A stretch of DNA of 63,980 bases, the filler included, from a bacterium (GTDB lineage: Bacteria > UBA9089 > CG2-30-40-21 > SBAY01): NCBI GenBank assembly GCA_040757115.1. It is 24 parts of 24 records of this genome, joined end to end, with 100 filler letters (N's around TTAATTAATTAA, not from the genome) between each part and the next. Parts side by side here need not be neighbours in the genome. Positions count along the whole stretch, not along the records: positions 38,671 to 40,328 come from JBFLYA010000414.1; positions 40,429 to 42,082 come from JBFLYA010000415.1; positions 42,183 to 43,818 come from JBFLYA010000416.1; positions 43,919 to 45,549 come from JBFLYA010000417.1; positions 45,650 to 47,277 come from JBFLYA010000418.1; positions 47,378 to 48,998 come from JBFLYA010000419.1; positions 49,099 to 50,701 come from JBFLYA010000420.1; 17 more parts are not named here. One strand, given 5' to 3'. The notes below the pieces were generated by a model. The model did not search any database and was not told the DNA's origin. It was given only the letters and a program-made list of their open reading frames with translations. A program made the translations under genes and the position numbers. This document shows, piece after piece, positions 39,060-49,454 of this stretch. Position 1 is the first letter of the stretch, and each line of letters begins with the position of its first letter.

Positions 39060-40112
39060 ATGCACAAAATTGCTGTTATTCCAGGAGATGGAGTTGGCCC
39101 TGAAGTAATAAGAGAAGGACTAAAGGTATTAGAAGCAGTTGCAGAGGTAACTGCTCTCAAGTATGAATTGATAAATTATGATTTTGGTGGAGAGCGATAT
39201 TTACGAACAGGTGAGGTATTGCCTGATTCTGCCTTGAATGAACTCAAACAGATGTCGGCGATTTATCTGGGTGCCATTGGTCATCCAGATGTTAAACCAG
39301 GCATCCTTGAGCAAGGATTATTGCTTAAAATTAGATTTGGATTAGACCAATATATTAATTTAAGACCGATTAAATTATATCCGGGTGTCTATACCCCAAT
39401 TAAAGATAAAGGACCAGAGGAGATTGATTTTATCGTAGTTCGCGAAAATACTGAATGTCTTTATATTGGCATAGGTGGATTTTTAAAGAAAAATACCAGT
39501 GATGAAGTGGCTGTTCAAGAGATGCTCTATACCCGCAAAGGGGTAGAAAGGTGCATCAGGTATGCCTATGAATTAGCCAGGACGACAAAGAGAAAAAAAC
39601 TTACATTAGTCGATAAATCAAATGTCCTGACCTATGGTCATGACCTCTGGCAACGAGTATTTAAAGAGGTTGGGGAGGAATATCCAGAGGTAACTAAAGA
39701 CCATGCCTATGTTGATGCTTGCTGTATGTGGATGGTGAAAAATCCAGAATGGTTTGATGTCATCGTTACCTGTAATATGTTTGGGGATATTATTACAGAT
39801 TTAGGGGCGATGGTTCAAGGTGGAATGGGAATAGCGGCAGGAGGAAATATCAATCCTCAGGGTGTTTCTATGTTTGAGCCTATTCATGGTTCTGCCCCGA
39901 AATATACCAACAAAAATCAAATTAATCCATTAGCCACTATCTTAAGTCTCCAGATGATGTTAAATAATCTTGGTGAAAAAAAAGCGGCAACATTGGTTGA
40001 AAATGCTATCATTAAACTTCTCTCCTCCGGACTTATCAAAAATATGTCTGCCGGTAAAATGGGTATGTCAACATCTGAAGTTGGGGATATGGTAGCTAAG
40101 TTCGTTAAGTAA
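39060..40112 (+). CDS. leuB: 3-isopropylmalate dehydrogenase
   Basis: IPGDGVGPEV, VRENTE, NMFGDIITD and EPIHGSAP motifs. Confidence 0.88.
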   Translation: MHKIAVIPGDGVGPEVIREGLKVLEAVAEVTALKYELINYDFGGERYLRTGEVLPDSALNELKQMSAIYLGAIGHPDVKPGILEQGLLLKIRFGLDQYINLRPIKLYPGVYTPIKDKGPEEIDFIVVRENTECLYIGIGGFLKKNTSDEVAVQEMLYTRKGVERCIRYAYELARTTKRKKLTLVDKSNVLTYGHDLWQRVFKEVGEEYPEVTKDHAYVDACCMWMVKNPEWFDVIVTCNMFGDIITDLGAMVQGGMGIAAGGNINPQGVSMFEPIHGSAPKYTNKNQINPLATILSLQMMLNNLGEKKAATLVENAIIKLLSSGLIKNMSAGKMGMSTSEVGDMVAKFVK

Positions 40113-40523
40113 GCGTTTAATGGTCTATAGCTTTGCCATTTTTATAATGGGGGTATCAAGTAAATGCAAAATCAAAATGCAAAATGAAAAAGAAAAGTTT
40201 AAACCCAACTTCGCCGTTTAAAAAAATAAGTCTTGTATTATCAACAACTTACAGAGCAGAGAGGTTGAGTTTTGGCACTACAGTATGAATCCCCACAAAA
40301 TGATTTGACTGTTTTCCCTGGTTGATAANNNNNNNNNNNNNNNNNNNNNNNNNNNNNNNNNNNNNNNNNNNNTTAATTAATTAANNNNNNNNNNNNNNNN
40401 NNNNNNNNNNNNNNNNNNNNNNNNNNNNGCTGTCTTTTCCTTTTCCTCTGCCTCACCGAATTATTGTGCATTCCACATTCACGGTTTGACCTCAATCTCA
40501 CCCCCAACAGATTTTTTGTCCTC

Positions 40524-41041
40524 TTATCCTGTAATCTTGTTTGTAATACAGTAATCCTCTATCAATCTCGCCAAATTCTCCTCAGTAAATTCTTTGAATG
40601 GTATCCTCTGCACCAATATATATTGAGGGCTACTGTAGTACCAGTAACGACAGCCCAGGCTGTTTTCGTCGCTTTCAAATGGAGTTTTGGTGTGAAAAAC
40701 AACTAATTCCCCATGGTCCAGGTTTGCTTCTATTTTAAAACCTTGCTCATAGTTATAACCTCGATGCTCATGTTGAGGACCGCTGCGGTAGATGTAAAAC
40801 TCGTTACGTTTTTGTCTTCATCCCCATCCGTTTCGGTTCTTCCAGTGTAGCGTTTTGGCAACTGTCCTTAATACACGTTCGATAGAAGGTTTATAGGAAT
40901 TCATCAACTTCTGGTTTTGATCCTTCAACCTTTGTTTTTGCTCTTCTTTAATCTTTTTTTCTCATACTCAGCCCGGAATTCTTTATTCTCCTCTTGTCTC
41001 AAAATATCTATCGTTTTCTGAAAGCGATCTCCGTAGCTCAT
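40524..41041 (-). pseudogene. Degenerate hypothetical cassette gene (frameshift in an A-run plus internal TGA)
   Basis: AGGAGG RBS, then MSYGDRFQKT..., a shift near 40955, ...RNGWG*RQKRNEF...ITNKITG*. Confidence 0.55.
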
Positions 41042-41073
41042 TAGATTAGGGTTACCTCCTCTGCCCGTTATAT

Positions 41074-41194
41074 TCCTAACAAGAGATTATACAGTTTCTG
41101 TATATCATCCAAATGGTAATGTTATCCAGAAACCGGATAATATCAAATTCATAAGCACAGCATCTCCAAAATCAGCTTTAAGTCTCTGTTAGAT
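41074..41194 (-). mobile_element. Atypical attC-like site
   Basis: Minus strand ATCTAAC-AGAGAC-TTAAAGCTGA...GTTAGGA lies between two cassette-like genes. The L arms pair poorly. Confidence 0.45.
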
Positions 41195-41250
41195 TCCTTG
41201 TTCTATAAAATGATAGTCTGCCATTATCTTCCCTTACTCAATATTCTGAC

Positions 41251-41628
41251 TTATTCTATAAATTGTATTTCTCGCTTTTGGTAATCAATGAGGATACTAA
41301 ACCGACTTAAAATATCATTACCAACAAACCCGTTGATTCCTAATTCCGCTTGAATATCTCCAAATTCAATCTCGATATTGTTTAACTCTCTGCCTCCGAT
41401 AATAACTTTCTCCACATTTTGAGAAACTACTTCTTGAGTTCCTCTTCCTATCCCAAATAATCGTTTGACTATCGCAGATTTGTGGTAGTTGAAGTCGACC
41501 AGGTCAATATCAATCGCAGTTGCTGCCGAACCTGTATCTAAAATGCATTTGTCTATTACTACGCTGTTCCCCTCATAAGTCAGTTCAAACGTGAGCCATA
41601 TCAATCCATACTTCAATTCAAAGTTCAT
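41251..41628 (-). CDS. Retropepsin-like aspartic protease
   Basis: ILDTGSA, GIG flap and GFVGNDIL motifs. Confidence 0.85.
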   Translation of the reverse strand: MNFELKYGLIWLTFELTYEGNSVVIDKCILDTGSAATAIDIDLVDFNYHKSAIVKRLFGIGRGTQEVVSQNVEKVIIGGRELNNIEIEFGDIQAELGINGFVGNDILSRFSILIDYQKREIQFIE

Positions 41629-41879
41629 CTTATGATTCCTTTATAGGGAATATTTTCGACAATGAATTCTTCAGGCGTTGAAGGAAGAGAATATAAGACT
41701 TCCTTGCCCTTATGCTTGTATTGTTGGTAAACTCGCCTAATTTCTTTTCCCTTATCGCTGATTTTCAAAACCGTTCCTTCCAGAATTTTCGACTGAGTTT
41801 CTGATATTTTCTCTTCTAATATTTCTCCTATTAATACGAACTTATTGGGATATTGTTTTCGTATTTCTGCCCATTTCAT
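41625..41879 (-). CDS. DUF5678-like small protein coupled to the protease gene
   Basis: MKWAEIRKQYPNKFVLI...G.VL pattern. 4-nt ATGA overlap with the protease. Confidence 0.6.
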   Translation of the reverse strand: MKWAEIRKQYPNKFVLIGEILEEKISETQSKILEGTVLKISDKGKEIRRVYQQYKHKGKEVLYSLPSTPEEFIVENIPYKGIIR

Positions 41880-41922
41880 TTGTTTCCCTCCTTGTGTCGT
41901 GTTATTCAATGCTTGTATTATA

Positions 41923-42054
41923 TGCTAACGATAAAGTTCAGGTGCGGCGGGGAGAATTACCACAAAAGTTTGATAGCAAGATAAAACTTTGAGAGACCAC
42001 AAAACTCTGACCACGGCACAGTCCCCCGCCGTCAACTGCAACGACTTGTTAGGA
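41923..42054 (-). mobile_element. Integron attC site
   Basis: Near-identical to 127-258. Minus strand TCCTAAC...GTTAGCA. Confidence 0.85.
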
Positions 42055-42391
42055 AAAAATTCCACTTCGCCCTCTTTTTTCTNNNNNNNNNNNNNNNNNN
42101 NNNNNNNNNNNNNNNNNNNNNNNNNNTTAATTAATTAANNNNNNNNNNNNNNNNNNNNNNNNNNNNNNNNNNNNNNNNNNNNGATTTTTAATTTATTTTA
42201 TGGTATTCCAGAAAAGTGGAAGTTAATTTTGCAAAAACCATTAGGTTCGCTTTCCTGCTTGCCAGAAGCGAGGCTAAAGCCTCGCACTACAAATCTTTTT
42301 ATTATTCGTGTTCATTCGTGATTATATATTCCCTCTGTGTTCTCTGTGACTCTGTGGCTATATCCTGAACGGTTACGAAAATAAAGTATAA

Positions 42392-43738
42392 ATGGAACCA
42401 ATTAAAGTAGATGAGATATTACAAGCAACAAAAGGTAAATTACTTTCAGGGAATAAAGATACCTGGATTCCTGATATTTCTACGGATTCAAGACAAATCA
42501 GGGAAGGTGACCTATTCATTGCCCTTAAAGGGGATAAGTTTGATGGACATAATTTTATTGAGGAGGTGATGCAAAAACAAGCCAGTGGCTTAATAATATC
42601 TAAAGAGATACCGATTACCGATTACCGATTACCGATTACCATTATCAAGGTAACCGACACATTAGTTGCTCTGGGGAAAATAGCCGCTTATTATCGCCAG
42701 AAATTCAAAATACCAGTAGTCGCCATTACCGGCAGTAATGGTAAAACCACGACTAAGGAAATGGCAGCCACACTTCTTGCAAAAAAATTTAATACCCTGA
42801 GAAGCAAAAGTAGCTTTAATAATGCTATTGGAGTTCCATTAACCCTGTTTGAACTAAATAAGACGACCCAGGCCGTGGTTCTGGAAATAGGTATGAATCA
42901 TCCCGGTGAGATAAAATATCTCTCAGAAATTGCTAACCAGACGGCTGCCCTGATTACCAATATTGGCGAATCTCACATCGGTTATTTGAAGACAAAGGAA
43001 AATATCGCCAGCGAAAAAATGAAAATTTTAGAGCCTGCTGGTATCGCTATTTTAAATCGTGATGATGTATATCTGAGTAAAATAAAATTTAATGGCAAAT
43101 TAATTACCTATGGTATTCATAATGAAGCGGATATTACTGCCCAGAATCTGCATCAGAATATGAATGGAGTCGAGTTCACTTTGAATAATCGTTATCATCT
43201 CTCAATCCCTATTTTAGGAAGACATAATGTTTATAATATTTTAGCGGCAACGGCGATTGCTTATGCCCTCGGATTGACTTTTGAAGAGATTGAAAAAGGA
43301 TATGGTGAGTTAAAAACACCTTATGGCCGGATGGAATTAAGTTCTTTACCAGGCGGGACAAAAATTATTAATGATGCCTATAATGCCAATCCCACTTCAA
43401 TGAAATGTGCTCTTGAAACATTAAGTCAAATTCAAACTGATGGTCAAAAGATTCTGGTTATGGGTGATATGCTGGAACTGGGCGACTTAAGTCAATCTTT
43501 TCATCAAACAACAGGAAAAGAAATTGCCAATTATGGGATTAATATTTTATTTACAATTGGAGACAATGCCTCTTTATCTGCTGATGAGGCTTGTAGAAGA
43601 GGGGTAGAGGTTTATAAATGTGGTTCTAATGATGAGATAATCTCTAAATTAAAAAAACTCATTCAGTTAGAAGATATTATTCTGGTGAAAGGGTCAAGGA
43701 GAATGAAATTAGAGGAAGTGGTAGAAGGATTAAAATAG
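42392..43738 (+). CDS. murF: UDP-N-acetylmuramoyl-tripeptide--D-Ala-D-Ala ligase
   Basis: TDSR, TGSNGKTTTKE, NDAYNANP and KGSR motifs. Confidence 0.96.
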   Translation: MEPIKVDEILQATKGKLLSGNKDTWIPDISTDSRQIREGDLFIALKGDKFDGHNFIEEVMQKQASGLIISKEIPITDYRLPITIIKVTDTLVALGKIAAYYRQKFKIPVVAITGSNGKTTTKEMAATLLAKKFNTLRSKSSFNNAIGVPLTLFELNKTTQAVVLEIGMNHPGEIKYLSEIANQTAALITNIGESHIGYLKTKENIASEKMKILEPAGIAILNRDDVYLSKIKFNGKLITYGIHNEADITAQNLHQNMNGVEFTLNNRYHLSIPILGRHNVYNILAATAIAYALGLTFEEIEKGYGELKTPYGRMELSSLPGGTKIINDAYNANPTSMKCALETLSQIQTDGQKILVMGDMLELGDLSQSFHQTTGKEIANYGINILFTIGDNASLSADEACRRGVEVYKCGSNDEIISKLKKLIQLEDIILVKGSRRMKLEEVVEGLK

Positions 43739-43918
43739 ATCATCAGTAATTGATAATAGGGTTCTGCAAAATAGGATTTGGGGGAGACAACAAATAAATA
43801 TCAAATATCAAATATTAANNNNNNNNNNNNNNNNNNNNNNNNNNNNNNNNNNNNNNNNNNNNTTAATTAATTAANNNNNNNNNNNNNNNNNNNNNNNNNN
43901 NNNNNNNNNNNNNNNNNN

Positions 43919-44117
43919 GTGGCTTTCACGAAATTCACAACCTCTTGATTTACACGAAGTTACAAGCACACCTTCTTGCTTGTTGCCCTCCTGTTATATA
44001 ACTCCTTAATTTTAAGAGAGTTGCAAGCCCAAGTTCGCTACTTTTTCTTGATTTTTGCCCGTTTTAAATAGGGGTGGAGGGCAATTTTTTAAACCTTTGA
44101 ATTTCGTGAAATCCACT
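43919..44117. mobile_element. MITE-like element (related inverted copy ~29413-29557)
   Basis: TIRs GTGGCTTTCACGAAATTCA / TGAATTTCGTGAAATCCAC. Confidence 0.7.
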
Positions 44118-44258
44118 ACTTTTTAATTCTCTAGAATTATCTTCTTATTTCATTTCTATTGCCTTAAGAATTATAAAATTTTGCCTCCTCCCCTTAGAAT
44201 GTGCTATGATTGAGAACCGAAAAACATCACCTTTCACAAAATTGAGGAGGTATTCTCT

Positions 44259-45548
44259 ATGGCTTTTCAATCATGGCTCATACCACCTGAAGAATTAACA
44301 CAAGATAGACTTCAAAGATATACATCTCTGTTTTCTCAGCTCAATACACAACCAATTAGAGATTCTGTCTCTATTGTAGGACGTCCACCCCTTTCACGCC
44401 CATCTCTATTAAGGGCGCTTATATACAAAAATATTCGCTGCTTCCCTTCCCTAACAGAGCTTGTCATTGAACTTAAAGAAAATCCTCTTATCGCTGAGCG
44501 CTGTGGTTTTGATCTCTGGTCCAATCTTCCTAATGTAGAGAGATTCTCTGCCTTCCTTAGGGATACGCCCAACTACTTATTTCAAGAAATAAGAAGTAAC
44601 CTTGTCTTCCAATTGGTAGAATTAGAAGAGATATCGGGAAAATATCTGGTTACTGATTCTTGTCCCATTAAGGCAAATGTCAAAGAGAATAACCCCAAGA
44701 CAGTGATTAAAGATCGTTTTGATAAGACCAAATACCCAAAGGGTGATAAAGACTCCCGACTGGGAGTTATTGTTACCTTCCCCACCCCAAGCAAAAAGAA
44801 GATCGAATATTTTTGGGGATATCGTAATCACGTCATCTCGGATGCCATCTCCGAATTACCCGTAGCTGAAATAACAAAACCAGCCAATGTCTCTGAGGTC
44901 TCTCTCTTCATCCCTCAGTGTAGAAGGCTACAAGAGATATTTCATTTTCCAATTAATGCCGTAGCTGCTGACTCCCTTTTAGACTCAGCCACTATTATTG
45001 AATTCATTGTCAAAGAGCTTAAAGCTAAACCAGTCATTGCTAAAAATCCAAGGGCATCTAATAGAACAGATATTACTCTTTCCTTAAAAGGCATCCCCAT
45101 ATGTATCGCTGGTTTCCATATGCTCTCCAGGGGTAAGTTCAAAGATAAGAAACAGAATCGGATACGCCATAAGTTTGTCTGTCCAATCAAAGGTTCCAAG
45201 AAATTTGCTAAAGAGCAACCCTATTGTCCTTGGTGGCATCCAAAGTTCATAAATGGGAATGGATGTATAACCTATCTCAGAGTAGATGTCGATGAATCTA
45301 TTCGCAGAACTATTGATTATGGCAGCGAAGAGTTCAAAAAGATATATAATCTAAGAACAGGTGCTGAAAGAATCTTCTCCCGTCTATTAGCAATTTCTAT
45401 GCAGGAACCAACTGTCAAAGGACTTAATGCTACTGCCAATATCTGCACTATAGCTCATATCACTGTACTTTCTGTCGCCTTAACCGCTGTGAGAAGTGAC
45501 CAAGTAGATAAAATCAGATTCGTTAAATCGCTAATCCCAAATCTTTAA
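44259..45548 (+). mobile_element. DDE transposase (IS1182/IS5-like)
   Basis: GRPP N-terminus, TDSCPI, WGYRNH, AADS and YNLRTGAERIFSRL motifs. Confidence 0.85.
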
Positions 45549-46018
45549 TNNNNNNNNNNNNNNNNNNNNNNNNNNNNNNNNNNNNNNNNNNNNTTAATTA
45601 ATTAANNNNNNNNNNNNNNNNNNNNNNNNNNNNNNNNNNNNNNNNNNNNTCACTTGTATCCGAACATACTATTTTTGTGCCTTTTTAGGGATATAAGTCA
45701 AGAAAAATATTTTTAAAAAAACTTAATTTTTTACTTGACATTTCACCATAAGACTTTGTGAGTCGCAGACTCATGACCGTTTCTCCTAAAAATAGCCGTA
45801 AGAATAGAACAGGGATGACACGGATTAAACGGATGAGTACGGATTTTTTATTTTTTAGTAATCGGATTGAGCGGATTAATCGGATTTCTTTTCTGTTTTT
45901 TTATCTGCTCAATCCGCTAAATCCGCTTACTACTTATTTTCATTCTCCTTTGTGCCCACTCCCTGTGGGTAAGTCAGTCCCTACCAGACAATCTCCATTT
46001 TGTCAAAATGGGTAGATA

Positions 46019-47277
46019 TCACTTCACCGATGGTGCTGAAACTTCCTCTATTACAGATGTTTTTTCTGTTCGCAGTGGTATGGTAAAGGTAAAGGTGCTT
46101 CCTTTTCCCACTTCACTCTCTAACCAGATTCTCCCTTTATGTAGTTCTATCAGTTTTTTGGTTAGGGGGAGACCAAGTCCTGTGCCTGCATATTGTCTGC
46201 TATAAGCACTATCAACCTGTTCAAATTCCTCAAAGACCCTTTGTTGATCCTTCTCAGCAATTCCGATACCTGTGTCCTGGACTGAAATTTGCACCATCTC
46301 ATCTACTGGTCTTGCATTTACATTTATCCTTCCTCCTTCAGGGGTAAATTTGATGGCATTGGAAAGGAGGTTATACATTATCTGTTTAAATCTTGTTGGG
46401 TCTGTGTGGACAGTAGAAATGCCTTCTACCTTAAACTCAAGCAAAAGGTTCTTCTTTGAGGCTAATGTCTTGACTAATGTCTCACATTCACTTAATGTCT
46501 CTTTTAGAGGGATTTCTTCGATAGTAAGTTCTATCTTTCCTGCCTCTACCTTAGAAAGGTCTAATATGTCATTGACGAGCGTTAAAAGATGTTTACCACT
46601 GGTATGGATATTGTTGGCATATTTTGTTTGTTTCTCATTCAGTTCACCAAAAGTCTTTGCTAATAAAATTTCAGAAAACCCAATGATTGAATTTAAAGGT
46701 GTGCGGAGTTCATGGCTCATATTTGCCAGGAATCTTGATTTTGCCTCAGTTGCCTCCTGAAGCTGTTTATTAGTGACATTTAATTCTCTGGTAAGTTTGG
46801 CAATAGTCTCTATCGCCTCCTCCATTCCCGTTTTTTTCTGACTGCCCTTAAAAAACTCAACGAGTTTCTGATGTAATTTATGTTCTACTGTAAAAATTTT
46901 CTCTATGACAATCCACATAAAAACCAGAGGCACTGTGAGTAAAAAAGGTACAATAGGCAGGTGAATATGCAGGTAGGTAAAAAGTAAAAAAGAAATATGT
47001 ATAATTCCAAGCAGTATCACTACAGCTATGATGGTATTATACATAATCCGCTCCCCTTTAATGAAAAGAGCTATTACCAGCCCAAGAATAAGTATTATCA
47101 AAATAACGGCTATTTTGTTTAATGGAACAATATAATTTCCGTTTAGAATTGTATTAATTATATTAGCTTGAACTACTACACCGTTTGAAATTCCTGCGTA
47201 TTTTGAAAATGGGGTTAGTTTTTCATCACCCATTCCTCTGGCAGTGCAACCAACCAAAACAATTTTATCCTGGAAAT
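46019..47277 (-). CDS. Sensor histidine kinase with CHASE2-like domain, 5'-partial
   Basis: SHELRTPLN H-box, NLLSNAIKFT, DTGIGI and GTGLGL. GVVVQANIINTIL plus 3 TM helices. Confidence 0.88.
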
Positions 47278-47431
47278 NNNNNNNNNNNNNNNNNNNNNNN
47301 NNNNNNNNNNNNNNNNNNNNNTTAATTAATTAANNNNNNNNNNNNNNNNNNNNNNNNNNNNNNNNNNNNNNNNNNNNGGAAAACAACAAATTTCCATAAA
47401 TTTCTATTAGTTTCTATTAATTTCAATTTTT

Positions 47432-47577
47432 GTAACTATTCACCACGAAGGGTACGGAGAGCACGAAGTGAAATTTGATGAATTATCGAATAGAGTCATT
47501 GGATGCGCTATAGCGGTGCATCGAACTCTTGGGCCAGGTTTGCTTGACACCGTGAATTGTGAATGGTGAATAGTTAC
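47432..47577. mobile_element. Family A MITE nested in an A1 element, carrying a GxxExxY 5' fragment, with 8-bp TSD
   Basis: TIRs GTAACTATTCACCA / TGGTGAATAGTTAC. CAATTTTT is duplicated. From 47468 it encodes MKFDELSNRVIGCAIAVHRTLGPGLL. Confidence 0.88.
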
Positions 47578-47650
47578 CAATTTTTTTAATAATATCTCCC
47601 TATCTCCTTAATCTCCACATCTCCTTTTGTTACACCACCTGAACGCTTAC

Positions 47651-48207
47651 CAATATCTTATAACCGGCTCTATTGCTTCTATATTCTATGGAGAACCAAG
47701 GTTTACTAATGATATTGATGTAGTTGTGCAGATATTGGGGAACAGCATATTTCAGGATTGATAAGATTATTCCCTTCGGATGAATTTTATATAAGTGAAG
47801 AGACGATAAGAGATGCAATCAGACATAAATATCAGTTTAATATTATACATCCAGCATCTGGTTTAAAAATAGATGTTATTATCAGTAAAAAAGATGCCTT
47901 TGATAATAGTCGGTTTGAAAGGATAAAAAAGATTTCTCCAATTGAAGATACACAGGCAAGTTTTGCCTCTCCTGAAGATGTAATAATTATGAAGATGCGA
48001 TATTATAAAGAAGGGGAATCCGAAAAACATATTAGAGATATAACCAGTATGCTCAAAATATCTGGTGATATGATTGATAGAGATTACATTGAGCGTTGGG
48101 CAAAAAAGTTGGGAATAGATGATATATGGCAGACTATTTTGGAAAGATTAAAAACCAAAGGAGGAATAAAATGTCAAGGGTTACAACAACTAAACTATTG
48201 GAAATGA
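47651..48207 (+). pseudogene. Nucleotidyltransferase-fold protein, 5'-interrupted by a MITE and frameshifted
   Basis: YLITGSIASIFYGEPRFTNDIDVVV in one frame, continuing as KIDVII...SPEDVIIMK in another. Confidence 0.65.
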
Positions 48208-48971
48208 AGAAGGCAAATGAGAAGATAACGATGCTCACGGTTTATGATTACTCAATGGCACGGATTCTGGATAATGCTGAGGTCGATATACTTTTAGTCG
48301 GCGATTCATTGAGTATGGTGATGCTGGGTAATGAAAATACCTTAGGGGTGGGAATAGATGAGATGGTTACCTTTACCAAAGGTGTAGCAAAGGGCACGAC
48401 AAATGCCCTGGTCGTAGGAGATATGCCATTTTTATCATATAAGGTGGATGTAAGGGATGCAGTTTATAACGCCGGCAGGTTTATCAAAGAAGGTGGGGCA
48501 CAAGCAGTCAAGGTAGAAGGTGGCGAATATGTGGCTAAAACCATTTTATCTATGATTCATGCGGATATCCCGGTAATGGGACATCTTGGACTTACACCTC
48601 AGGCAATCCATTTATTGGGTGGATATAAGGTTCAAGGCGAAACCCCTGATGCGGCTAAAAAATTAATAGATGATGCCAAACTCTTAGAAGAAATAGGTGT
48701 TTTTGCCTTAGTTTTAGAATGTATTCCGTATGAATTAGCCAGAGAAATTACGGAAACACTTGATATTCCCACGATTGGTATTGGTGCTGGACCTTATTGT
48801 GACGGACAGGTGTTGGTTATTCATGATATTTTAGGGCTTTATGATGAACTGAGACCAAAATTTGTGCGGAAATATGTGGATTTAAAATCACCAATAAATG
48901 AGGCAGTAAAGAAATACATTAAAGATGTCCGAGGAGGCAATTTCCCTGCATTGGAAGAAAGTTATGAGTAA
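48171..48971 (+). CDS. panB: 3-methyl-2-oxobutanoate hydroxymethyltransferase
   Basis: LVGDSL, VKVEGG, GHLGLTPQ and GIGAG motifs. Confidence 0.97.
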   Translation: MSRVTTTKLLEMKKANEKITMLTVYDYSMARILDNAEVDILLVGDSLSMVMLGNENTLGVGIDEMVTFTKGVAKGTTNALVVGDMPFLSYKVDVRDAVYNAGRFIKEGGAQAVKVEGGEYVAKTILSMIHADIPVMGHLGLTPQAIHLLGGYKVQGETPDAAKKLIDDAKLLEEIGVFALVLECIPYELAREITETLDIPTIGIGAGPYCDGQVLVIHDILGLYDELRPKFVRKYVDLKSPINEAVKKYIKDVRGGNFPALEESYE

Positions 48972-49098
48972 AGAGGCTGTTTATAGTATAGCAGTTATNN
49001 NNNNNNNNNNNNNNNNNNNNNNNNNNNNNNNNNNNNNNNNNNTTAATTAATTAANNNNNNNNNNNNNNNNNNNNNNNNNNNNNNNNNNNNNNNNNNNN

Positions 49099-49444
49099 CT
49101 CTTTTTTATCACCTGGCGAGTACAATGGTACATCTTCCCAACTCATTACCCATTTATCACCTAAATCCTTATAAGTAATCTTACCACCATCTCCTGGATT
49201 CAGGTCTCTAAAAAATGGTGCTATCATAGCATTTGGATCTCTATTGTCAGAGATGCTTAATTTTCAAAGAACAATTAAGGAAAGAAAAAGTAAATTTTAC
49301 TATTCCTTTATTAACAATTCACAATTCAAGATGCGACCCTATCCTATCCCCTAATACTTCGTTATTCTCATCAGCAATTAATACTTTTCCCCCATCACAT
49401 AAAATTAAAGTTAACCCTATAAATATAAGTATTCTTTTCACCAT
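49099..49444 (-). pseudogene. Disrupted secreted protein (signal peptide; nidogen-like IAPFFRDL segment)
   Basis: MVKRILIFIGLTLIL... stops at 49319. The coding signal resumes near 49249 as PNAMIAPFFRDLNPGDGGKITY. Confidence 0.5.
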
Positions 49445-49454
49445 TTCTTTTCTC

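Noticed and set aside
40524-41041. Internal TGA as evidence of an alternative genetic code
   Set aside because: The same ORF also has a frameshift, and other genes end normally at TGA. Pseudogenisation is simpler.
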